A stretch of 64,000 bases of DNA, from NCBI GenBank assembly GCA_024400395.1, contig JAKSMW010000004.1, positions 34,467 to 98,466 of the forward strand, in the 5' to 3' direction. A model generated the notes under the pieces. That model saw only the letters and a list, made by a program, of their open reading frames with translations. It did not search any database and was not told the DNA's origin. Below are positions 25,694-33,478 of the stretch, one piece after another. The position numbers were made by a program, and so were the translations under genes. The first letter of the stretch is position 1. Every line of letters starts with the position of its first letter. This DNA is from Bacteroidales bacterium (GTDB lineage Bacteria; Bacteroidota; Bacteroidia; Bacteroidales; F082).

Positions 25694-26221
25694 TTGGAGA
25701 AGATAACTGAAAAGATCATATGGTGCATTTCCGCTATTGCAATGATTATAATTGCATTAACTTTTTTGTCTTGCTCTGGCAGGCAAAATGAGCAGATTGT
25801 CGTGTCAAGAGATTTTCAGGATGGACAATGGGGAAGGTTCGACAACGTAACCGCCACATTCAACGCGGTCAAAACTCCGGCGACTGTCGATGTGATAATG
25901 GAAATTACCGTTTCCGACGATTTCCCTGACGTTTACGAATATTACAAATCGGAAAATGAGTTTGCGTTCTGCATGTCTTTTGAAGGTGCTGACGGCAGCC
26001 GCCGTGCCAGGGAATACAGTTTCGTTTTGAAAGACAGTGACGGAAATTGGAAATCAGAGAAAATCGATGGTTATTATCATTTCCAGTTTTCTTTAATCAG
26101 TGAATTGAATATCAATGAAATAGGAGAAAATAAATTTAATATCGAAAACAAATATCCGAGAGACCCGCTTTATGGCATCAAGAATTTGACATTGAAGTGC
26201 GTGCCTTCAAGGATGAAATAG
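25694..26221 (+). CDS. Small lipoprotein, first gene of the wza-wzc operon (weak GldH-like resemblance, not asserted)
   Basis: The track ORF starts at 25628, but an exact -7 box sits at 25663-25670. The in-frame TTG at 25694 gives (M)EKITEKIIWCISAIAMIIIALTFLSCSG with a lipobox. ATG 25742 is an alternative start. Confidence 0.55.
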   Translation: MEKITEKIIWCISAIAMIIIALTFLSCSGRQNEQIVVSRDFQDGQWGRFDNVTATFNAVKTPATVDVIMEITVSDDFPDVYEYYKSENEFAFCMSFEGADGSRRAREYSFVLKDSDGNWKSEKIDGYYHFQFSLISELNINEIGENKFNIENKYPRDPLYGIKNLTLKCVPSRMK

Positions 26222-26230
26222 CAGTAAAAA

Positions 26231-27049
26231 ATGAGAAGTAAAATTGTCAGATTTATCATTGTTTCTTTAGTTGTTGCCACATCATTGATGACATCGTGCG
26301 TTTCGCAGAAGAAAGTGCTGATGTTGCAGAACGAGCAGATGTTGGACAGCATATCGTCGATAGAGTATGTCAATAAAAGAAGTTTCAGTTACAAGGTCCA
26401 GCCCGGCGACAACCTTTACATCAGGGTGTCGAGTATGGACAAGAACTTCTCGTCGTTCTTCAACCAGACTGGCTCGACCAATATGTCAACAAACACCGTC
26501 ACGCAATTTTCCGCCGGTAACGCAGGTGTGTATCTCAATGGTTTCACCGTCAGCGATGAGGGTCAGATCGACTTCCCATACGCCGGCAAGATCTATGTCA
26601 AGGATTTGACAATCGAGGAAATTCAGCAGAAGATACAAACCATCATCGGTGAATATCAGAAGGAAACCATTGTTTATGTGAAACTTGGCGTTTTCAACCT
26701 CACCATTCTCGGTGAAGTCACGAAACCGGGTCAGTATCAGATTTACCAGTCGGACATCAATATTTTCCAGGCCTTGTCGTTGGCTGGAAACCCAACAGAT
26801 TTCGCCGACAGAGCCAACGTGAAGATCATTCATCAGACCACCGAAGGCTCGCAGGTCGTGAGGGTGAATATCAACGACGCTGACATCCTCTCAAACGAGA
26901 ATTATTATCTGAAACCGAATGATATAATCTATGTCGAACCGTTGTCAATCAAACGCTGGGGATTCACAAGTGTCCCGTATTCATTGATTATCTCAATGAT
27001 TTCACTCGGCGTGACACTCTTCACATTCTTTATGGTAACTGTCAAATAA
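26231..27049 (+). CDS. wza: Polysaccharide export protein (Wza-like, Poly_export + SLBB)
   Basis: Lipoprotein signal LVVATSLMTSC. YKVQPGDNLYIRV Poly_export motif. SLBB-like repeats and a C-terminal TM helix. Confidence 0.85.
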   Translation: MRSKIVRFIIVSLVVATSLMTSCVSQKKVLMLQNEQMLDSISSIEYVNKRSFSYKVQPGDNLYIRVSSMDKNFSSFFNQTGSTNMSTNTVTQFSAGNAGVYLNGFTVSDEGQIDFPYAGKIYVKDLTIEEIQQKIQTIIGEYQKETIVYVKLGVFNLTILGEVTKPGQYQIYQSDINIFQALSLAGNPTDFADRANVKIIHQTTEGSQVVRVNINDADILSNENYYLKPNDIIYVEPLSIKRWGFTSVPYSLIISMISLGVTLFTFFMVTVK

Positions 27050-27069
27050 AAAAGGAGAAATAAAATATC

Positions 27070-29586
27070 ATGAATAACGAGACAAATCATATCCAGAAAA
27101 CAATTCAGCAGCAGAATGATGATGCTATCGATGTCAAGTCATTGATAATAAAGGTAATAAGTTATTGGTATCTTTTTGTGATTTTCGGATTCATTTCGCT
27201 TTGCGGAGGGTATTTATATAATAGGTATTCCAAAAATGTGTATCAGGTCTCTTCTTCAGTCTATGTCAAGGAGCAGAAGATGGGCATCGACGCAGCTTCC
27301 ATGATAACGGGAATGAATTTCAGGAGCATGGGCAACGTTGACAATGAGATAGGCATTCTGCAATCTTACATGATAGCGGAGCGTGCGCTGAAGCAACTCG
27401 ACTTTGACGTTTCTTATTTCATGAAAGGAAGAGTTGCGAGCACGGAACTGTATGGCGACAATCCGTTGAGGGTGGAGCTTGATTATACGAAGCCGCAGAT
27501 GGTCGGTCTGATGTATGAAATCAAAATAATTGACAATGAGCGGTTTATGTTGACAGCTGAAGGCGAGAACAGGTCGATATATGATTTCCAAAAAGATGAA
27601 TTTTTGGGAGTGATAAGAGAAAAGATAGAGTTTGAAGGGACGTATAAATTTGGCGATACTATTGTAAATGAATACAATACATTTAAGATTGTGCCTTCAT
27701 ATTATTTTGATACCGAAGATTTCAAGAAACTCAAATTGATGTTCCGTATCAACGACATGATGTCGCAGGTGAAAATGATGAGCAACTACACAATCGCGCC
27801 TGTCAGCAAGGAGTCGTCGCTGCTGCGTCTTACCATTCAGGGGACAAATCCGAGGAAGATAACGGCGTTTTTGAATCAGATCTGTTCTGAATTTATCAAG
27901 AGAGACCTTGAACTGAAGAACAAGGTTCAGGAAAATACAATCGCATTCATTGACAATCAGTTGGGCGGCATTCAGGATTCGTTGAACAAGGCGGAGGCTG
28001 ACATTCAGATTTTCCAGCAGGGCAACGATTTCATGAACCTCGACGCACAGGCGAACGAGCTTTTCAATTACCTGAAGGCGCAGGAGAAGAGACGCGCGGA
28101 GCTTGACCTCAACCTCAAGTATTATTATAATATCAAGAAATATCTGCAAGATAACATCGACGACCCGGAACAACTCATCGCCCCAAGTGCGGTCGGAATC
28201 CAGGACCCGATCCTCAACACGACAGTGAACAAACTCGTCGAACTCTTCCAGACAAAGTCAACACAGCTTCTCACATCGACGGAAAAGAACCCTATCGTCC
28301 AGACCATCGACCAGCAGATTATCCAGACAAAAAAGGTGTTGCTTGAGAATATCAACAATATGATTAACAACGCCAATCTCACGATTAATGAGATAAACAC
28401 TAACATCTCACGGCTCGAGTCGCAGGTCAAGAACCTGCCGGAAGCCCAGAGACGTTATCTCGGATACACCAGAAAATTCACTTACAGCGAAAACATTTAC
28501 AATTTCCTGATGGAGAAACGTTCTGAAGCTCAAATCCTCAGGGCGAGCAACACTCCTGACAACCAGATAATTGACGTTGCAAAAGTCGCACTCGCCAGGA
28601 AAGTCGCACCACGTAACATGACAAATTATCTGATTGCGTTGTTCATCGGTCTTCTCATACCGGCGGCTTATATCTTCCTGAAGGATTTCTTCAACACTAA
28701 AATCCTCGAAAAGAAAGATGTCGAAAGAGTTTGCAAATTCCCGATAATCGGGCAGATTCCACAGATTGATGACAACAAAAACTCCAAGACAATGGTGATT
28801 GACAAGCCTAAGTCGCCTGCGGCGGAGTCGTTCCGCTCTATAAGGACTAACATCGACTATATCATGAAAGGCAGCGACAAGTGCTGCATGATGGTGACAG
28901 GCGATATGGCTTCTGTCGGTAAGACTTATATCTCAATCAACATGGCATCAATTTACGCCATGTATGGAAAGAAGACGGTTCTTGTCGGTTTCGACCTGCG
29001 CAAGCCTCGTCTGTATCAGGAATTTGGTTTGAGCAACAAACTCGGCACGACATCATATCTGTCGAACAAAGCCTCCTTGCATGAGATAGTTCAGCCATCA
29101 GGCAAGCTGCCGTCGCTTGACATTATTTGTGCCGGCCCAGTTCCGCCAAACCCTGCTGAATTGATTGCTTCTCAACGCTGCGCGGAGTTGTTCAAGGAAC
29201 TCAGGGAAAAATACGATTACATCATTGTTGACACGCCGCCTGTCGCATTAGTGACAGATGCATTCCTGCTTATGAAGCATTGTGACGTAACAGCTTACAT
29301 TGTCCGTCAGGGAGTTACGAACAAGAAGGTGTTCGCAAGCATCGTAAAGGATATTGAAGATCGTGAAATGAAAGTGAACATCATCATCAATGGCATTAGA
29401 TTCACGGGTACATACGGATATCGTTACAGCAATGGCTACGGCGGTTACGGTTATGGCTACGGTTACGGTTATGGCTACGGTTACGGCTATGGCAATGGCT
29501 ATGGTGCCGGATATTATGGCGATGATGACAGCCACCAGAAAAAAGAAGGCATGTTCGCACGTTTCCTCAGAAAAAGAAGAAGCTGA
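27070..29586 (+). CDS. wzc: Polysaccharide co-polymerase / tyrosine autokinase (Wzc-like) with extended (GY)n tail
   Basis: Wzz-type N-terminal domain with two TM segments and a coiled-coil periplasmic region. Walker A VTGDMASVGKT, A' VLVGFDLRKP, Walker B YDYIIVDTPP. C-terminal Tyr cluster GTYGYRYSNGYGGYGYGYGYGYGYGYGYGNGYGAGYYG. Confidence 0.9.
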   Translation: MNNETNHIQKTIQQQNDDAIDVKSLIIKVISYWYLFVIFGFISLCGGYLYNRYSKNVYQVSSSVYVKEQKMGIDAASMITGMNFRSMGNVDNEIGILQSYMIAERALKQLDFDVSYFMKGRVASTELYGDNPLRVELDYTKPQMVGLMYEIKIIDNERFMLTAEGENRSIYDFQKDEFLGVIREKIEFEGTYKFGDTIVNEYNTFKIVPSYYFDTEDFKKLKLMFRINDMMSQVKMMSNYTIAPVSKESSLLRLTIQGTNPRKITAFLNQICSEFIKRDLELKNKVQENTIAFIDNQLGGIQDSLNKAEADIQIFQQGNDFMNLDAQANELFNYLKAQEKRRAELDLNLKYYYNIKKYLQDNIDDPEQLIAPSAVGIQDPILNTTVNKLVELFQTKSTQLLTSTEKNPIVQTIDQQIIQTKKVLLENINNMINNANLTINEINTNISRLESQVKNLPEAQRRYLGYTRKFTYSENIYNFLMEKRSEAQILRASNTPDNQIIDVAKVALARKVAPRNMTNYLIALFIGLLIPAAYIFLKDFFNTKILEKKDVERVCKFPIIGQIPQIDDNKNSKTMVIDKPKSPAAESFRSIRTNIDYIMKGSDKCCMMVTGDMASVGKTYISINMASIYAMYGKKTVLVGFDLRKPRLYQEFGLSNKLGTTSYLSNKASLHEIVQPSGKLPSLDIICAGPVPPNPAELIASQRCAELFKELREKYDYIIVDTPPVALVTDAFLLMKHCDVTAYIVRQGVTNKKVFASIVKDIEDREMKVNIIINGIRFTGTYGYRYSNGYGGYGYGYGYGYGYGYGYGNGYGAGYYGDDDSHQKKEGMFARFLRKRRS
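29443..29496 (+). repeat. In-frame 18-bp tandem repeat encoding (GY)n of the Wzc tail
   Basis: GGTTACGGTTATGGCTAC is identical at 29443-29460 and 29461-29478. A diverged third copy lies at 29479-29496. Confidence 0.9.
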
Positions 29587-30110
29587 TGGATGACGGTAAG
29601 AACATCACCGCAAAATGGTATGCGGTTTATGTAAAGTCCCGCTTCGAGAAGAAATCCGCATGGCTGCTTGAAAGAGACGGCGTGGAAGTGTATCTGCCTC
29701 TCATCAAGAGAATCAAACAATGGTCCGACCGGCGCAAAGAAGTTGAAGAACCGTTGTTCAAGTCGTATGTCTTTGTGCACACCGATTTGCGGAATTATTA
29801 TGAAATTCTCAACTCACCAGGTGTGGTCAAGTTTATATGTTTTGAAGGCAAACCCGTTGACATGCCTGACAACCAGATTGTTGCGATAAAAGAATACGTC
29901 GGACAGGTCGAGCATGAAGGTGAAGTTGCCGTTCCTTCTGATTTCCATGAAGGTCAGTTGGTGACAATTAAATACGGCTCAATGAAGGGGCTTCAGGGTC
30001 ATCTGACGGAGATACTCGGCAACCATTATGTTGTCGTTGACATTGAGATTGTCGGAAATTCACTGCCGATGAAGATTTCAAAGTCAATGATTGAGGCTGT
30101 TTCAGATTGA
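29586..30110 (+). CDS. UpxY-family (NusG-like) transcription antiterminator
   Basis: KWYAVYVKSRFEKKSAWLLERDGVEVYLPLIK..WSDRRKEVEEPLFKSYVFV is the NGN domain. KOW-like EGQLVTIKYGSMKGLQGHL follows. The start overlaps the wzc stop (TGATG). Confidence 0.8.
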   Translation: MDDGKNITAKWYAVYVKSRFEKKSAWLLERDGVEVYLPLIKRIKQWSDRRKEVEEPLFKSYVFVHTDLRNYYEILNSPGVVKFICFEGKPVDMPDNQIVAIKEYVGQVEHEGEVAVPSDFHEGQLVTIKYGSMKGLQGHLTEILGNHYVVVDIEIVGNSLPMKISKSMIEAVSD

Positions 30111-30836
30111 AGACAGCACCATCCTCAATATTTCACACGATTTCATTTCGTTGAAACCGGCGACGTGTAACTTGTAATACGTCATCACATATTCCAGAAG
30201 TTCACGTCGTTCATTGTTTCTGATGTCAAGGCTTTTGTTGTCGAAAAAGTCGGAGTCGCAAAGGTCGTGGAATTTTTCAGACAGTTGACTGTCAATACAA
30301 TATAGCAGTCCGATTCCATCATGATGGAAGCATCCGTCTTCGAGGTTGAAAACGTATCCGTTTCTGAATCCGTTTGTGTTTGGGGCGAAACCGAGCTGGC
30401 GGCTCAGCTCGACGGCGAATTTCAACGGGAAATCGGCATATTTTTCCGTGAGTTCATCGAGATAAAGCAACGAATCGTGGACGAATCCGAAAAGCTCGGT
30501 GTCCGGCTCGGAGTCTTGTATCGATTTTGAAAGCAACTCGCTGACGAACATCACGATGGCGTTCTTGTTCATCTCAAACGGAATGCTTTGGAACGCATGG
30601 CACACCGTGGCTTCTCTGATGAAACCGAGGTCGCTGCGTGAGCGGGTGCGTACTATGTCGAGTATCGTCAGCGGCTGAAACAACGCCGCCCTGATCTTGG
30701 AAGTCTTGCTGAAAGCACCTTTCACGAGGAACGACTGAAGCCCGTCTGTCTCTGTCAGAAGCTTGACGATGAGGCTGCTGTCGCCATAACGAATTGATTT
30801 TATTACGATTGCCCGTGTCTTGTCTTGAGCGTCCAT
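30102..30836 (-). CDS. recO: DNA repair protein RecO
   Basis: The N-terminal OB region TRAIVIKSIRYGDSSLIVKLLTETDGLQSFLVKGA is typical of RecO. 244 aa. Confidence 0.85.
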   Translation of the reverse strand: MDAQDKTRAIVIKSIRYGDSSLIVKLLTETDGLQSFLVKGAFSKTSKIRAALFQPLTILDIVRTRSRSDLGFIREATVCHAFQSIPFEMNKNAIVMFVSELLSKSIQDSEPDTELFGFVHDSLLYLDELTEKYADFPLKFAVELSRQLGFAPNTNGFRNGYVFNLEDGCFHHDGIGLLYCIDSQLSEKFHDLCDSDFFDNKSLDIRNNERRELLEYVMTYYKLHVAGFNEMKSCEILRMVLSSI

Positions 30837-30837
30837 G

Positions 30838-33138
30838 TTATCTCATGATCAGGATTTTCGTGACGCAGGTCTCTTTTCCTGTGGTGTCGCTGGCGAAGAT
30901 GAAGTAAACGCCGGGTTCGACTTTCCTGCCTTTGATGTCGGTGCAGTCCCAGGTGGCCTGTCCGCCCTCCGCCTTGAGGTGTGTGACGAAGGCGCCGCTG
31001 GCTGTCGTGATTTTCACGAGGGCGTCGGTGACAAGTCCTTTGATGCCTACGACTCCGGTATATTCCGGACGGACCGGGTTCGGGTAGGCGATGACGTCTT
31101 TGTTGGTGGTGCCGCCGGTAGTCGCGCTGCCTTTGTAAGAAACGAGGCCTTTGTCAGTCACGAAATACACATTGCCTTCGCCGTCAATGGCAATCTGTTT
31201 GATGGTGTTTGAGAGCAAAGGGCTGTTTTCTGTTGTGAAATGATGATATTCGGTGAGTCCGTTGTTTGAAGTGTGGAAGACGCCGTTGCTTGTGCCGAAC
31301 CATATATTATTGGCCCCGTCAGCTGCGATGCAATATACCGACTGTCCGGAGAGGAGGTAGTCGGCCTGACCGCTGCCGTCGTTGCGTGGGACGAGGATTC
31401 TCGAGCAGTCGTAGGTGCTGTTGTCGAAAATCTTTCTTGTGTTGTAAAACAGTCCGACGCCGTCGTTGGTGCCCACCCATACGGTTCCGTTTCTGTCGGT
31501 GGCGAAGCAGTTGATGCTGCCCGGAAGCCCGCCGTGACCGGTGTTGTTACTCACTGACTTTGAGGTTTTTCCGTTGTATATTGTGGCGTGTCCGTCACGG
31601 TGGAGGACCCAGACGTTGTTGTTGCCGTCAACCATCAGATGGCTGATGTCGTCGCCGCCGTTTCCGATGTTGTGCGCCTCCCAAACGCCGTTTGATGTCA
31701 TGGAGGAGACGAGTTTGTCGGCACCGCTGTTGGCGAGCCATAGCGTCCCTTTGCTGTCGAAGTCCATTCCGGTGACGCAAATGTTGTTGGTGCCGAGACG
31801 CTTGCCGAGGCTGCTGTTCTGATCGTCGTAGTTTGCGGTGACTTTTTTGTTTTCGATTGCCAACACTCCGCGGGCGTATGAGCCTGCGTATATTTTCTTG
31901 CTGTCGTTGGGCGCAATAGCGATGCAGGAAATGTCAACGTAGTCGTTGAAAATAGGGTCGTCCCAGTTGTTTACGAACGACCACCAGTCGTTGTTGTAGT
32001 GGAAGATGCCGTCCTGATTCCATGTGTTCGCCCATGTCGAGGTGTAGCCGCCGGAAGCGATCCAGACATCCTTGCCCTGCGCCTTGATTTCAAACATATA
32101 ATTTGAATACGGCCCGTTCACGGTGATGTCTTCACTTGTGCCGTCGTTGTTATGTTTTCTCAGACAATTGACTTTCGTCCCAATCCAGTAGCAGCTTCTT
32201 GTCTTGTCGTAAACGGCGGAGTTGGCGATGGCGTTCCCGATGTAACTGACGCATTGTCCGTCGGAATTGAACGACTTGACACATGCCTGGGTCTGGTAAA
32301 GATCCCCGGCGTAGCTTTTCACGGTGTCGTTGACAAAGACGATCCTGTCGTCAAATGCGCGGATCTCGCTGTGGAAATATTTCTCATTAGGAAGGTATGC
32401 AATCCATTTTTTTCCGTTTGAGATGAACGTCTCGTCATAGAAATCGGTCGTTTTTGCATTTGCAACGAGCTTGTCGGAGAAAACCACGACGTTGTCATAT
32501 TCGACGTAAGGATATGGCAGAGACTCGTCAAGAGTCCATTGCTGGAAGTCGGCGAGGTTCGGATTGTCAACATCTGCATAATAGATGCCATCGCTTGTAG
32601 CTGCGTAAAACTTGTTTTTGTAAATGGCTAAATTGTTGACATTCAAATAAGTACCATTCTCACCTATGATGTATGTGTCTTTCACCTCCATTCTGCCCAA
32701 GTCAATGGCGACTATGCCGAAACCGCAGCAGGCATACGCAATCTTGCCGTTGAAAAACACGTTGTTTATGACCTTGTTCCCGATGATGTTCTTGTCTTTG
32801 ATGTCAACGATGTTGAAGATGTTTTCGTCTCTGTCGATGATGTCGATGTTGGCGTTGCTGTATCCAATGAAGATCACATCTGCGCCCCGGCTGTATCTCA
32901 TGACATCAATACCGTAGTCGGACAGACCGTTTACTTTTGTTATCCTGTTGATACTGTTGTCGTTAGTGTTTAGATAGAAAATGTCGTAAGGTGTCGCCGC
33001 ATAGATTTTCTCATGCATCACATCGACGTTGTCAACTTGCATTCCAGGAGTGTGTGTCATCCAGCCGCCGATTTGTTGTGCGGATGTTAAAATGTTGAAT
33101 GTTAATAATATAACGAGAATTGTAAAATTTTTCTTCAT
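30838..33138 (-). CDS. Double beta-propeller protein with T9SS C-terminal domain (PorZ-like)
   Basis: 766 aa with a signal peptide. Many Reg_prop-type blades (NNIWFGTSNGVFH, GTVWVGTNDGVGLF, GNVYFVTDKGLVSY). C-terminal AYPNPVRPEYTGVVGIKGLVTDALVKITTASGAFV...GVYFIFASD..KILIMR. Size and architecture match PorZ as I recall it. Confidence 0.6.
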   Translation of the reverse strand: MKKNFTILVILLTFNILTSAQQIGGWMTHTPGMQVDNVDVMHEKIYAATPYDIFYLNTNDNSINRITKVNGLSDYGIDVMRYSRGADVIFIGYSNANIDIIDRDENIFNIVDIKDKNIIGNKVINNVFFNGKIAYACCGFGIVAIDLGRMEVKDTYIIGENGTYLNVNNLAIYKNKFYAATSDGIYYADVDNPNLADFQQWTLDESLPYPYVEYDNVVVFSDKLVANAKTTDFYDETFISNGKKWIAYLPNEKYFHSEIRAFDDRIVFVNDTVKSYAGDLYQTQACVKSFNSDGQCVSYIGNAIANSAVYDKTRSCYWIGTKVNCLRKHNNDGTSEDITVNGPYSNYMFEIKAQGKDVWIASGGYTSTWANTWNQDGIFHYNNDWWSFVNNWDDPIFNDYVDISCIAIAPNDSKKIYAGSYARGVLAIENKKVTANYDDQNSSLGKRLGTNNICVTGMDFDSKGTLWLANSGADKLVSSMTSNGVWEAHNIGNGGDDISHLMVDGNNNVWVLHRDGHATIYNGKTSKSVSNNTGHGGLPGSINCFATDRNGTVWVGTNDGVGLFYNTRKIFDNSTYDCSRILVPRNDGSGQADYLLSGQSVYCIAADGANNIWFGTSNGVFHTSNNGLTEYHHFTTENSPLLSNTIKQIAIDGEGNVYFVTDKGLVSYKGSATTGGTTNKDVIAYPNPVRPEYTGVVGIKGLVTDALVKITTASGAFVTHLKAEGGQATWDCTDIKGRKVEPGVYFIFASDTTGKETCVTKILIMR

Positions 33139-33256
33139 ATTGAATTGTTATTGATACCAAAATTAAACGTCTTTCAAAACACATTATTGTTTCAGGTGCT
33201 TTTCATGCCGCATAAATGTGAAAAAACACCTTTCATTAACGTGGATTTTTGTTGCG

Positions 33257-33264
33257 CAAAAATA
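33257..33264 (-). promoter_or_regulatory. -7 promoter box TATTTTTG
   Basis: Exact match on the minus strand, 118 nt before ATG 33138 (PorZ-like gene). Confidence 0.4.
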
Positions 33265-33371
33265 CAAAAAATAAGGAAACTAACTAAAAAATGTTTTATT
33301 TGCGTAATAATCAATGTTTTTCAAAAGTAAAATTAATTTGTTAAAAATTGTTTGCGAAAAAGAAAAATTGC

Positions 33372-33379
33372 TATTTTTG
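33372..33379 (+). promoter_or_regulatory. -7 promoter box TATTTTTG
   Basis: Exact match, 99 nt before ATG 33479 (TonB-dependent receptor). Confidence 0.45.
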
Positions 33380-33478
33380 TGCCGATTAATATGCATGAAA
33401 ACGAGAAAAAATGGATATACAAAACAGATTCAATTCATTATTAAATCACAATTCTTTATTAATTAAATTCACAGTTCT

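Noticed and set aside
25628-26221. Calling the small lipoprotein GldH (gliding-motility lipoprotein).
   Set aside because: Only size, the lipobox and a vague F.D..W pattern agree with my memory of GldH. Without a profile search the call is not supportable, so it is reported as a hypothetical lipoprotein. The track start at 25628 was also rejected because a -7 box lies inside that extension.
33145-33330. 61-aa ORF in the divergent PorZ-like/TonB-receptor intergenic region. I also considered a riboswitch in the ~100-nt receptor leader.
   Set aside because: The ORF overlaps the minus-strand promoter box and has no start context or motif. The leader is AT-rich with no recognisable conserved riboswitch core (for example cobalamin or TPP) by eye.
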